Origin: Eledone cirrhosa
Lineage: Eukaryota
Length of the DNA: 64,000 nt
Reading direction: 5' to 3'
Assembly (NCBI GenBank): GCA_964016885.1
Contig: OZ024742.1
Coordinates: forward strand, 349,618,001 to 349,682,000
This document shows positions 63,997 to 64,000 of the stretch, one piece after another (the first letter of the stretch is position 1; each line of letters opens with the position of its first letter). The translations under genes were made by a program, and so were the position numbers. Below the pieces are notes generated by a model that saw only the letters and a list, made by a program, of their open reading frames with translations, had not been told where the DNA came from and searched no databases.

Positions 63997-64000
63997 TCGG

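Larger units (their letters stand above)
60852..64000 (-). mobile_element. Non-LTR retrotransposon (LINE), L1 group, probably Tx1 clade; 5' part lies beyond the window
   Basis: Contains an ORF2 with APE, RT and CCHC motifs, a ~260-bp 3' UTR (60852-61113), AATAAA and a simple-repeat tail. It is markedly more GC/CpG-rich than the flanking DNA. Confidence 0.93.

Overview
Eukaryotic, repeat-dominated genomic DNA with no host protein-coding gene that I can support. The SINE and Mariner sequences resemble cephalopod (octopus-type) repeats, but that is recalled similarity, not a database result. Bases 1-~53,200 are one huge AT-rich satellite in a single orientation, built of GTT(AT)n units (mostly 11 and 9 bp, some 13 bp), with nested higher-order duplications of about 1.36, 2.0, 2.55, 3.75, 3.78, 8.1 and 9.4 kb. 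Near its left end it is interrupted by two copies of a truncated tRNA-derived SINE joined to a ~100-bp structured non-repetitive segment; a third, partial copy of that segment keeps just a GAAA hairpin and a few flanking bases. All Y/I/C/M-rich ORFs in the track are artefacts of this satellite. To the right lie a (CATA)n microsatellite, a GA-rich 15-bp minisatellite, a minus-strand tRNA-derived SINE with a perfect 18-bp target-site duplication, and a Mariner-like MITE. The right terminal inverted repeat (TIR) of that MITE has been amplified into a ~4.3-kb satellite of 57/78-bp units, which is the most notable observation. The window ends in the 3' part of an L1/Tx1-type non-LTR retrotransposon on the minus strand. 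Its uninterrupted ORF2 carries the APE C-terminus, reverse transcriptase (RT) and a CCHC knuckle, and the element ends in AATAAA plus an (ATT)28 tract.
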